A DNA stretch of 63,512 nucleotides, the filler included, from Choristocarpus tenellus KU-1152 (Eukaryota; Protista; Phaeophyceae), in assembly GCA_964200185.2 (NCBI GenBank). It is 13 parts of 13 records of this genome, joined end to end, with 100 filler letters (N's around TTAATTAATTAA, not from the genome) between each part and the next. Parts side by side here need not be neighbours in the genome. Positions count along the whole stretch, not along the records: positions 1 to 4,025 come from CAXNAD020016613.1; positions 4,126 to 10,104 come from CAXNAD020009256.1; positions 10,205 to 14,305 come from CAXNAD020016207.1; 10 more parts are not named here. The stretch is one strand, 5' to 3'. Each line of letters starts with the position of its first letter. Within the stretch, counting starts at the first letter, position 1. Under the pieces are notes generated by a model. It had not been told where the DNA came from and made no database searches. It worked only from the letters and a program-made list of their open reading frames with translations. Position numbers and translations under genes: made by a program. Positions 1 through 11,629 of this stretch are shown piece by piece.

Positions 1-528
1 GACAAAGCATATAGATGTACGGCATCATTTCCTGAGGGAGTTGGTAGCAAATTGACAAATAAGGATTGTTCATGTTAGCTCAGATGAGCAACATGCAGAT
101 ATCTTGACCACGCCTATATTTAGCAGAAATATCTTTTTGGAGGCATGCAGGGGATTTGCTAAATTTAGGCTATGTTTAGTGGTTTGCTTCTTGCTGAATT
201 TGAGTGTGTTTGGATTTATTTCTTTTCAGTGAGTTCAGCAGCTGGTTGTTTCCTTGTCCTACAGGAATGACCTGAGGAGTCTCCTAGGATCCATAACTGT
301 TTTCTTGTAAGTTCTCAAGAGTTGTTTGAGCTAGGGAGAGTGTTCGATTAGACTCTTCCAACTCTATCGGACAGTTACGGTAAAACATGTATGGAGTAAG
401 GAACAATCAATTAGTCGTTGAGTTATCAGAACCTTTTATAGTGATTAATTATATGAGAAAAAAATTAATATAAAAAGGAAATATTTCTGATTTTATGGGG
501 TGCTGCATGCCCCACCTAACTTTAATCA
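1..528 (+). mobile_element. Ty1/copia LTR retrotransposon 3' end (degenerate RNase H tail, PPT, 3' LTR)
   Basis: Frame from nt 2 reads TKHIDVRHHFLRELVAN*QIRIVHVSSDEQHADILT, the copia RNase H KHID...ADILT motif with an in-frame stop. PPT AGGGAGAG (333-340) is followed by TGTTCG at 341. The LTR end (CA at ~528) is inferred. Confidence 0.85.
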
Positions 529-1171
529 ATCACTCTACGGACACCAAGCAATCTCGCTGGGTTTATCACCTTTATCCTCTTTGATGATTTGGGAGATACT
601 TTAACATGGGCACCGTGTACATGAATGCGATTGTTGCTCCTGAAGTCGCATGTTGTTGTTTTGTGTGATTTACACTGGGGAACGACAGGAATTGGCTTTG
701 GATCAATGCCATGGATATGCAGTTGCTACAGTATACTTCGAAGTACCTATCTGCAAATATTCTTGCTATGGTCATCTTTTGGTGTGACGTAATAATAGAT
801 TTGAGTTGTGAGACGCAACGACAACGGTTTTAAGAACTGCCATTGTGTGACTATCTGCGAATGTTTTTGCTGTAGTCACCTATTGTTGTCGAAATGGAAA
901 GGAAACGGTTTTGGATCCTTGACGCAGTATTGTAACGCTCGGTCTATGTTGCCATCTGTCCATGCTGATGATCGAGTCGTGGATGAGTTGGCGACTTCTT
1001 GGATCAACTCTTCGAGGCTGATCATCAGTCTATGCTATCGAGCATTAAGCCAACTGCATCATCCCAACTAAGTGTGTGAACTGAGCGCATGAGTCACACA
1101 TTGCACAGCGACAAAAGGGGTCATCAAACTGAAAGAAGAGGTAAAATCGACCCCCCTCTTAAGTAGTTTCT

Positions 1172-1429
1172 GAGCCAAAGTATCTTAGAGGGTAGAGCCG
1201 CATCCATTTGGGTGTCAAAATCCAATGTTCCGATTTTGATGTAATTTTGACTATCGTGTTTTTTGGAGGCGTCAATATCCTTGTTCCGCACTCACCTTTT
1301 CATAGCGTATAAATTTTACCTACTCCGAAACATATCGGAGTAGAAAAAGTGTCATAAAACACCTGTGGGAAGCCAAGCCCCAAATGGACAAACAGGGCAA
1401 AAATCGTACCCTCCAAGATACTTTCACTC
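1172..1429. mobile_element. MITE family B, full-length copy
   Basis: TIRs GAGCCAAAGTATCTTAGAGGGTA...TACCCTCCAAGATACTTTCACTC, 4-bp TSD TTCT on both sides, many other copies in the window. Confidence 0.9.
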
Positions 1430-2099
1430 TTCTCTCATACGTTTTTGGTCAAAAGTAGAATCCTGTTTTGTCATAACATCCTCCTTGTTGTAGGTAGTTG
1501 TGTGCTCCATTTGTTGTGCCTGTGGGCTCTATGTTGGCGTTGTGGATGGCCTTTTGTACTTATAGAATAAGGTATTGGTTATGGTCTATTCCTTATTGTG
1601 ACTGTGTTGGCCTTAGGAGGTTATCACGTATAGCCCATCTATGTGCTCGACTAATATAACATTTTAAGGCGCACAGAGGTGCCAAACATTGATACCTCCA
1701 TGTGAGTCACCTATTCGGTTGAAACAAGATTTGATTTTTGAATTGCGTCCTTGTGGAGTAGGTTTCTGTATTTTTTGGGCTGCACTTGGGACCTCTGTGT
1801 TGGCGTAAGGGTTGAAACTTTCAAACTTGTTAGTTAAGTGTAGTGTTTCAGGGCTCATTCTTTTCTCTCAGGTACTATTCTAGGATGCCACCGTGTGTGA
1901 CCCCTGTTGTGCATTTTGGACTGACATAATGTTTTAGATGGTACACACACACACAAGGTGACAAAAAAACACAACCACCACAAAAAAAATGTAATCGAAA
2001 TACTATCGACTTGTGGTGGATATGGAAAATCTCAATCTAGGCATGGTAAATCCCGTGGTGGATTAAGTTCCAATAAACCGATTAGGTCACAAAGAAGTG

Positions 2100-3016
2100 T
2101 AGAGCACAGCATTGTACGTGAACGAGGGATTTATTTGAGGGACGGAGCTATGGCTGACCTTGATCCGTAGAGGGATCTGCTCAACGATCCACTAGATGAA
2201 GGTTGACGGAATAAGCAAAGTTCTAAAGGTCTGCTGTTACACTGTCAGATCCTAATATACTCATATGCTGATGTCATCTCCACCTTTGGCAAAGAAGAAA
2301 CTGTCCACTCTGAAGCAGGTACATTCACGGCAGTGTGCAGAGAATGACATGATCAGCCGATCGAGAGAAGTCCTCAGGATGTGTGCAAGGGTCTCCCTAA
2401 AACGTTGCCCTGGCCAACAAGGTCACCATGTGCATGCCGGAGAGACAGGAGGTGAACAGTGGAGAGTTTACAGCCTTCCCAAGTACTCAAAGGAGAAAGT
2501 CAACCAAACGACTGTTGAGGCAGGTAAGCCATTGGCGGGTGGTCGATTGCCATAGTTAACATGTTTGCCAGACTGTCCAACAACATCGAAGGCGCAAGTT
2601 GTCAGGCAGAGAAAAAATTCCAGAGCCTCGCCTTGACACTGAGCTATTTGACTCAAAGTGTCTGGGAGGGGGTGGCGGCTGTCCATTTGGGGTCAATCTT
2701 TTCATGCCGCGATTTTTGGGTGATTTGGTTGCAACGTTTGATACTGTAAATTCACTTTTCCTGATTTTGGTCCAAGTGGACACCCTGGTGTAGACCTCCC
2801 CCCCCTTCCAGATACTTTGGGTCTTTGCATTATGATATTTGTGCCGAGGAGGTGGAGTGCCTGACATATTTGGCTCCTGGCAAGCACCTCTTCAAGGAGG
2901 TATCCAAGCACAACACGAGACAGGACGAACTGAAATGCATAGAGGAGGAAGCCCTAGCAGCCATGTCTATCTTTCAGAAAATAGTGTGGCTGGGCACTCA
3001 CTTGTTTTGTGGTTGA
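2100..3016 (+). pseudogene. Degenerate hAT-type transposase C-terminal region, interrupted by a MITE
   Basis: MADLDP* resembles the hAT LDPR motif. MFARLSNNIEGASCQAEKKFQSLALTLSYL|HYDICAEEVECLTYL resembles the hAT dimerisation domain (S..SER.FS...VE.L.FL), and the frame is restored by removing the MITE plus one TSD. Confidence 0.6.
2650..2823. mobile_element. MITE family A, full-length copy
   Basis: TIRs GACTCAAAGTGTCTGGG...CCAGATACTTTGGGTC with G/C runs, TTT duplicated on both flanks. Confidence 0.9.
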
Positions 3017-4025
3017 TGTATTATAGGTCACCTGCTGTGGTCATCTCGTACAAAAGAGTCTTGAATACAACACAGTATACAGAAAAGCTCATATGATATT
3101 TTGCAAAATTGTGTCGAGGAGAACGTAAGGACAGAGCACACATACATTGTTCCATTGTTATCAATCATCCAGCAACAAGTATCAAGAGACAGAATATATA
3201 CTCAGGAATATACAACATGCTTTTCGCTTCTTACACATGCCCGTTCGCTGGTTTTGTGCTCAATACATCTCGTGTCGAAATATCTACTGAAATTAAAGGT
3301 TGACATTCATATAAGAATTGGCAATTTGCGTACACACTGACCAACCTCTGAACCAACCCGGCTTAAGCTGAGATCTGACCCGGTCCTTACGAAATACATC
3401 TTGCTCAAGCCAACCCGAGGCAAGGCCTGTTAGGGGTACTAAAGACCCAGGGCCGAACCTTTCAAATTCTCAAAGGCCGAGATCGGGTCCTCTTAAATAG
3501 CTTTATTCCTGACCCAGCTTCCAGTCTGATCCAACTGGTCAAGTGAAAATCTCTTGTAATATTATATCACACAATTGTAAGGACTTTGTACATGTTTGTC
3601 TTCCTTTGTAGATAGGCCCTTCACACACTAGCACAATGAACAAGAATAAGGGCCCCTATGGCTGAATACTGGTTGTCTTGCAGTATATGTCTTCAAGCAC
3701 TTCAAACGGTAATTTTGGAAAAAAATGTTATCACAGCTAATCTTCTTTAATCCTGACACCCTCTGAAATGGGGTTAACTGCCGTTCAGGCACGGTCGTGG
3801 TGAATGTTGCACAGGGTTCAAAAAGAGTATAAGAATAAAAATGGACAAATCCGACCCCCCTCTTAGATAGATTTACCCAAACACGCCCAAAATTGCGAGC
3901 AGGAGCAATAGTAGTTCATGACCTTATTCCATCAATGCCATTGATTTCATTACCATGAAGTAAGTCGTTGTGGCGATGGTGATGCTCAATTTCGTTTTTG
4001 AAGGGTCAAAATATCTTGGGGGGGG

Positions 4026-4125
4026 NNNNNNNNNNNNNNNNNNNNNNNNNNNNNNNNNNNNNNNNNNNNTTAATTAATTAANNNNNNNNNNNNNNNNNNN
4101 NNNNNNNNNNNNNNNNNNNNNNNNN
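4026..4125. other. Artificial contig linker (N-run, TTAATTAATTAA, N-run)
   Basis: The same ~100-nt six-frame-stop linker recurs at approximately 10105, 14306, 19154, 22967, 27296, 33107, 36537, 44694, 50735, 55298 and 58389. Confidence 0.98.
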
Positions 4126-4163
4126 GTAACTGTCCGATAGATTTGGAAGAGTCTAATCGAACA
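4126..4163 (-). mobile_element. LTR 5' edge (same family as the LTR starting at 341), truncated by contig edge and abutting a MITE-A TIR (4164-4186)
   Basis: Reverse complement TGTTCGATTAGACTCTTCCAAATCTATCGGACAGTTAC matches 341-378 with one mismatch. Confidence 0.85.
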
Positions 4164-4598
4164 CCCCCCCCCAGATACTTTGAGTCAAATATAGACCATT
4201 TTATTATGCGTGTTTAACTGTGAGTCCTGTATATATATTTGACCATCAACGTTATGAGGATAGAATTCCAAGGAAATCGAAGCATCATAGACCAGAGTCC
4301 TCAAAACACCATAACATCAAACGAACTACCCTCTGGGTGAACCATCCTCTCCATAATATTTCTCGAAATGGTAGGGCTCCAGATAGAAGGGAAGTGGGGG
4401 TGTCTGGCTATACCAGTTGTTTATCAGTAGAACATTGGTGTATCTATATTTGATGCAATCTTGGCAACTCTGCATATTTTCGAAAGTATAACGACAGTAG
4501 AGTCAAACTTTTAAGCCCATCAATTTGTTTCCCTTAGACTGTCTCTAACAAAGAATAAAAAAATACATATTGTCCATCCCCTCAGTCACTCTACGTAC

Positions 4599-4853
4599 TT
4601 GAAACCAAAACTGGTTGGGGTTTTGGCCAATCAACACTGCACAACTCAACACTCGACGACCCAAGTTGACATCACAAGAGGTGCTGACAGAAAGTCTAGA
4701 GGGGCTGCCAGGCGTGTACGCTGAGATTATCAAAGAGCAAGCCTGCCAACTCTTGGTTTGAAATCCAGTGCTTGTGAAACTGTTTGAGACTTTTCCCATA
4801 TTGTTCATAGTTGATGGGTCGACCCCATACGTTACACTAGGGTTGTGTTGCTC
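4599..4853 (-). CDS. Candidate internal exon of an unknown protein gene
   Basis: CAG acceptor, 85 open codons (EQHNPSVTYGVDPSTM...NPNQFWFQ), GTACGT donor. Another candidate exon lies at 6599-6702 (-). No recognisable domain. Confidence 0.45.
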
Positions 4854-7431
4854 CTGGTCACATTGATGAGTGAGGTAAGAGGTGCAGGGAGGGATGGGGG
4901 TGTGTGCAATATAGGCTGTGAATTAACACGGGTGCTAAACGGTTCCTAAAGGTTGAATACATTTCCCCCTTTTTCGCTAGTGTTGGTGACAGTCAACGGC
5001 AGACTGCTAGTTGAACAGTTGTTCCCCTGTCCAACTGATTGCCCATTTTGTATTATGTGTACATTCATGTCGTCAGTGAACACTACTAATAATTGTAACA
5101 ATATCAGTGCTATAGTACACCACATGATAAGTAAGTAATGTCTGTGACGAGAGAGGTGAGGACTTCTAGTACTGAGCCAAAGTAAACGAGAGGTACTCAG
5201 ATCTTGGCCGTTTTGCATTTGAAGTAGGTTTTCTAATTTTCCCCATTCATTCATATTTCTATCGATGAAGTTCAAACCTTGACTTGAGAACGTTTCTCTG
5301 TTCAAAAAATTTCGGACAGATCTTGGAAATTATTCTACACGCATCAATCAGTAAAAAAGAGCCGAATTTTGCACTTCTTTGTCAGCATCTTTAAAATGTC
5401 ACTCTCGTTTACTTTGACTCTCTACACAAATGGATGGACACATATTACTCCAATATGTGTAAGTGACTAACCTCTTACGAGTTTAGAGGAGAAACAATGT
5501 GTCGTAATATGTACATTTGGCACCACTATAATTTCAATGCACAGGACACCACTGTTCAAGACATCAACAACGGACAGTGTTCATGGGAGAAGCATTATTA
5601 CTATAGAACTGCTCCAACCAGGTACTTGGTAACCAGTCATGTTGCCAGACTCTTCTGGCTGTAATGATGATTACCACATGTATTTTTCTACCTTCAATGA
5701 AGGGTGAATGTTCCAATAACCAGACAAGAAATCGCAACTTCCAGAACAAGGTTATCTTGGTTTTTGTATTATCTCCAAATATGGATGGCGAAGAGTGCTC
5801 ACAGTGGAATTGGCACAGATAATTACGCAAACCTTGATCATGGTATACACCTGCCATACCAATGCCAAGCAGCACACTGTCTCTCAGCAAGAAAAAAGAC
5901 AACACATCCTATACCAACAATTTTTTGTCATTGAAGGTTACACTTCTCTCAAAGACACCTTCATTTGCTCTTCAAAATCAACAGGCAAGCCCATGGCAGG
6001 TAATTATCAGGGTTGATAGGATAACAGAGCAATGACCCCCCTTTCATAAGTGCACTTGCGTCTCTTGTAGGGGTTTGGAGCTAGAGTCAGAAAGAATACA
6101 GACAAAAATGTTTCGGATGCAATAATCTGTCCTATTCATTCAAAAGCTGCAGGCCGAGCGTGTAAGCCCTACAGTGACAACATAACCCGTCTGGGTAGAA
6201 GATAAAAAATAGACATACCCAAGAAAACAACGGGCGGAACCGAGGCTATTTCATTCCCAGATTGATTTGTACGATTGGTACTGGAGACGACCATTGTCAG
6301 CAACACTCACATCCATTTGTACTTCATCAGAGCATATATACCGTCCACGAGCCAGGCAACTATCAACACTAATCAAGACCACCTCGACAGATATTGAAAT
6401 TGGTAACACAGTGGCTCTTTGTATTTAGTTGGTCCCAACCAACCGAAAATGGGTAGGAATGAAATACCAAATTCATAGGGCGATGTATCCTCAATCATCC
6501 TTCCTCCTGACCTACCCAGGCCATACTCTCTCCTGCATTTCTTGCTTCAACCACTAGTTCTATGACTCGACAGAAAAGGCTCAGAGCAGCTTACATACCC
6601 AGGAAGACTGGTGTTCTCTTCATATCAATTCCCCTTGAGTAAATCCAAGGAGGTACCTCAATGTAGCAAAGTGGGATGATACGCATCAAGGATGCATCAT
6701 TGCTACGAAAAGAAAGAAACACAAATTTGGCACTCCACCCTCTTCCATCTGTTATTCCACTCTCATCACTCAGCATCCTTCACACTCCTGGGCTATCTAC
6801 CTTGTGCTGTGGACCCCCTCATTGTGCTTCTTATCACCCTATTTACTCACCCCACTCCTGTCCCTCCTACCAAACACTTTATCAGCCTTTTATCTCTTAC
6901 CATGAAGAGCTCCAAACAACACAGCACAGCTACCAGTTCCACACTAACTCCTTGCACTCACAAACAGAGCATGCTCCAACGCATGCTGCCACTGCACATG
7001 AATCAAATGCAAACAGCAACACTTCCAGATGCAGCACACATCGATCCCCATCTCAAATGTGTGTGCTCATACTTTCCTTCCTCCCCACCCATCTCCAGCA
7101 CTAGTCCTTTCACCTCATCACTATAAATAGCGTGTCATCTCCCTCGACATACCAGTCAGACTTCCCCCAATTGACCACTTACACCCATCTAAGGTTTTCC
7201 TGCACCCCTGTGTTTGATCATACCCTGGAGCTCACTCATACCCTCTTACCAGAAGGGATTCCTTGTAATATAGTTAACTCAGTTCCCAGTTGCTGGCAAA
7301 ATAGGCATAGCAAAACCAGAGGTATACAACTTGTTAGCCAGTGTTGCAACAATAACCAACTTGTAGCTAAAACCAACTGAAAGCAAAGACACCATCGTTT
7401 CATCTGCTTTAAGTAGGACACTAGTGTCTGC

Positions 7432-7539
7432 TCAGCTGTAGATAAGACGAAGGACATCATTATGGACATAGTATGATCCCTGTGCAGTACTGACAAGCTG
7501 GAAGACCTGGAGGTAGTGAAGCGGGTTGTCATTATCAAT
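7432..7539 (-). CDS. NTF2: Nuclear transport factor 2, last exon
   Basis: CAG acceptor then IDNDNPLHYLQVFQLVSTAQGSYYVHNDVLRLIYS*, matching the NTF2 C-terminus (Q.F.L...YYV.ND.FRL). Not in the ORF track. Confidence 0.85.
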   Translation of the reverse strand: MDNDNPLHYLQVFQLVSTAQGSYYVHNDVLRLIYS

Positions 7540-8936
7540 CTGCTCCCAACAGAATTCCGGAACATGGGGATGCACAAAGAAGGGGGAGGGGGGAGGTCAG
7601 TCACTTGAGACAATCGCAGCAGTCAATGCTTATCTCTGTATGATAGGAGCTTTGAATCACCACTTTTGCTCCTATTCTCAATGATTTGCGTGTTTACTGA
7701 ACACAAACAGTTACCCAGAGGTATACGTGATGAGGCTTTCAAAACGTTATTGACCTGATTTCAAGTTAGTGTTGAAAACAATAGGAAAGCATTTCCCAAC
7801 ACATGCTATGGCGCATGTAATCAAGTAATCCTTGTTTTTGCAGCTGGAGAAAAATTGGCAGCAGTTAGGCCACAACAATAATGACTACCTACCTCACTTC
7901 AAAATCACATCAAGGAAATGGAATAAAAACCCGAGTGTGGACTCCATCACATCAATAGCAAAGCAACACGGTTAGCTCAAAAGCGTATGTACTGAATACC
8001 GAATTGTTTGCAAGCCCACAAAAACATGATGACCTCATCATACACAGGTATATCGCAGATAGTATATTTTCCGAAAGTACAGGTATCAGCCAAGGCACCC
8101 ACAGTTCTTCACCTTGCAGTCTTGAATTTGGACTTGAACCAAAAACTGGAGTTAAATCCAAGCCTAAAAACAATTGTTGGATGAGAGTCCCCCAAACCAG
8201 ACCCAGATTCAGATCTCAGACTCAGCGCTGTGCACTATGCCAGAGGTAAGAACCATAACTTTAAGCTTGTTGCTATGGTGCTTAATGGTAGGGACAAGTT
8301 CACCACACAACAACCCATCCACCCTCATTGCAGGAGGTGGACCTTGACCTGCATACCTTCAGGCACTATGAACAGAATAAAAAAACAAGAATCATCACTC
8401 TCCTTTAGCATGTCCTAGTAAGGGTTGACTCAGGGGAAAACAAATTCACCATGGAACAATCAAACTGTGAATTCATACTAGGCAACAGACCCAGACCCTG
8501 AATAATTCTACTCTGATATAAGGCATGCAAATTGATCACATATCCTTGTGACCTCTAACTTGGAGCTAGATAAAGCAAATGTCACTGAACAGGCTCCCAT
8601 CAAACTCCAGATGAGAAACATGCCACAACACAACTTCCAACAGCACATGGAAAATAACGCCTGCAGCATCCAGTCAACGCCTGCTAAAATGAACAAGACA
8701 ATCAATCATGGAGGTGCCGATGTCACTCTGGTGATTGAAGAACAAAATAGACTCATGCCTTGCTGAAGTAGAAAAACAAAAACAAAAAAATGTTTGTGTT
8801 CCGTGACAGCACAATATCCATTCCACATCACTGTGCCCACTCCCAGGCGCAAGACAAGACTGCATCCGCTCGAGCTCGAGTCAATCAATATGTACCTCTC
8901 AACAAGAACGAGCTACAGCACCATCACAAACTGTAC

Positions 8937-9035
8937 CTTAATCTGTCCCGTGACAACAGCAATCATAGCCGTGGTGGTAGTTGAGGGCTGCACATCCAGC
9001 GTTGACGGACTGAACTGAAGATTGGTTCCTAGTGA
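8937..9035 (-). CDS. NTF2: Nuclear transport factor 2, penultimate exon
   Basis: AG...GT bounded 33 codons SLGTNLQFSPSTLDVQPSTTTTAMIAVVTGQIK (NTF2 TLD.QP...VTGQ motif), phase 0, joins the last exon. 5' exons were not found in this contig. Confidence 0.85.
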
Positions 9036-9931
9036 CTGAGCAGCAGCAAAGACGAAAAAATAAAATAAAATAAAATAAAAATACACAAACACAAACACAC
9101 CAGAAGGAAATTTAGATGGGAAATATGAACAAGATGTATAAACACCACATCAACAACTGACCGCCTACACACAAGAGAGAGTAACACCACTTGTACTTCT
9201 TCTTGCACACACACACACACACAGGCTTGCAAGAATATTCGTAGAACTTTCATTTCCCACAGCACAACAGGTCATTTAGGGCCATAAAAACTACCTCTTT
9301 GCCAGGCACTCCATACCCATCAAGAGCAACCAGCAATCCTACACAAAATCTTTACTGAGCCTCAGCCCTCTCTCCAATAGGGAAAAAAACATGAGATAGT
9401 GAAACTGTCCACCCCTGCTTGGTAACCCAACACATCTATGCACAAAATGTGTTCTTTAAATTAGAGATAGGGTCCACACTATCAATATCAAGCAAAAATG
9501 GGGAGCATGACTTGAGACGAAAAATTAACTCGTACAAACTCACACAGAGCAAGGAGTACAAAACGGTATGGGAGGGGAACAAGTGTAATGCTATTAGTAT
9601 CAAAGGGGGAAGGACAGTATAACAAATAAGTTATGTCCACCACTTCAATCACTACACAGCAGCAAACCTAAGTAAAGGAACAGACACAGGCATTACAAGC
9701 ACGACTGCATACTCAAAGGGTCACGATCTAGCTTTTATTTACAGGCTCTCTTAAGTACTTGCCACTGTAAAAAAAATTCCTCGCTGAAGAAAGCTATGTC
9801 GTATTTCAATGTATCCCATTCAAGAAGAAACATGAAAAAGATTTGACCCAAAGCATAATCCAAACACCTGTGTTACAATTTCAGCAACACTCTAGGGAAA
9901 ATAGCAACCCACCTACCACAGACAAGTTAGT

Positions 9932-10100
9932 GGCCCAAAGTATCTGGGGGGGGGGGTCTACACCAGAGTGTCCATTTGATCCATAACCAGGAAAAACGCA
10001 TTTACATTATCCATCCGATGTATGCAACCAAATCACCCAAAAATCACGACATGAAAAAATTAGCCCCAAATGGACAACTGCCATTCCCCCCCCCCCCCCC
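9932..10100. mobile_element. MITE family A copy, truncated at contig end
   Basis: GGCCCAAAGTATCTGGGG start plus the family-A body, ending in a C-run at the linker. Confidence 0.85.
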
Positions 10101-10340
10101 AAACNNNNNNNNNNNNNNNNNNNNNNNNNNNNNNNNNNNNNNNNNNNNTTAATTAATTAANNNNNNNNNNNNNNNNNNNNNNNNNNNNNNNNNNNNNNNN
10201 NNNNCCCCCCAGATACTTTGACCCTTCGATTCATACGTTGCACAGGAATCAAACCAAAAAACACCAACAGCTACCCTTGTCTCCCCCTCACCTTCCACCC
10301 CCTGCACTAAAAAATAAAAGGAAGGCGTCATTAACAATAC

Positions 10341-10477
10341 CTTGAACTCGGCATTGTCAGTGCTGCTAAGGTCTGGGATAGTGCCACTATCTTTGTAGAG
10401 CTTCTCGGCCTTGACACCCTCATGGATGAGAAGGGTCATATCGCCTCCATCATCTACAATGATGTCGGGTCCAACTC
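10341..10477 (-). CDS. SAHH: S-adenosyl-L-homocysteine hydrolase (adenosylhomocysteinase) exon
   Basis: CAG...GT bounded 137 nt: (G)VGPDIIVDDGGDMTLLIHEGVKAEKLYKDSGTIPDLSSTDNAEFK, with the DDGGD motif and the plant/protist-type insertion. Confidence 0.95.
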
Positions 10478-11502
10478 CTGATAGGTGATGGTGCATTGTT
10501 CCAGTGAGAAAGAGACAAAATTGAAGGGCACTGGCAATACTTTGTAGAGGTAGACAATATTGAGATGAAGTTTACGATCACACTGCACTACATATCATTC
10601 TCTCTCCCTTTGATACTAAAGACATACATACAAGGCAATCAACTCCTCCTATCCACATTCATATTGTGGATGATGGAAAACCCTACCAGTCTTTTGTATC
10701 ACCTAATGCAATGTATTGTTGCAACATGATCACCCGCACACAATTGATAAAAATATCAATCAGTAGGGGCTATGGATGCCTCATCTGGAACAGCATTGAA
10801 ACTGGTCAATCAGCATGTTTTGTGGGAAAGTGGAACAGATTGTAAAGAAACAAAAAACAATGAGAGTTGTGACAGAATTGATGAAGCATATTTTTAGCCG
10901 TTACCAGTAAAATACCATGTTTCCCTCCACATATATACTGTAGAATAACATTTATCTACTCCACTCAAATTTAGTCAAGGCCTCCATCCATTTTGGGAGT
11001 AATAGCATGAGGCGCATATTGCCTTTCCACACTTCAGACTTGATTAATACTCCTGTGCTCACAAATCTTAACTCCAACCACAGCCTAGGAGTCAAACGGA
11101 CCAAACAAGAACTTTTCAGATCGGGCCAAACTATATTTCGTGCATCATTCGTTCATCCATGCAATTCCCAAAGACTGTGTCCTCCAACGGCACTCTTGAA
11201 TTCAACAATCTTAGCTTTTAACACATATTTTACGCTTGGCATGTTACCTCTGATCAATCACACATCTAGGCTATTGATCCCAATTGAGACCTTTGTACTA
11301 TTTGTGGTCTGATCGGCCCATAGTCCATGACCAGTTCTGATTATTCTTTATTATTGTTCACCAAAACCTGCAGCCCGTGCAATTTTGTATTGTATTACAA
11401 CCCCGCCAACAATCCTAAAGAGAATTTGTATGTAACGCAAAGTGCAACATTTCTTACTCTCAAACCCATGACAGAAGTCTATGTCCCCCCGAAATCTCTC
11501 AC

Positions 11503-11629
11503 CCTTCCCATCATCAGTGGGCCACTTCAGGGCAGACAGTATGCACTCCCAGTACTCCTCAAGGCTCTCCCCCTTCCATGCGTACACTGCTGCTGATCCT
11601 GCTGCTGCAATAGCCGCTGCCGCATGGTC
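11503..11629 (-). CDS. SAHH: S-adenosyl-L-homocysteine hydrolase exon
   Basis: TAG...GTGAG bounded 127 nt: [42 protein letters not shown](G). Phase 1 joins the 10341-10477 exon. Confidence 0.95.

Noticed and set aside
4070-4081. Recurrent TTAATTAATTAA palindrome
   Set aside because: It is always centred in N-runs of near-constant length: an artificial six-frame-stop contig linker, not biology.
9932-10224. One MITE-A copy spanning the linker
   Set aside because: The flanks (TAGT vs TTCG) show no TSD, and the genes on either side are both truncated.
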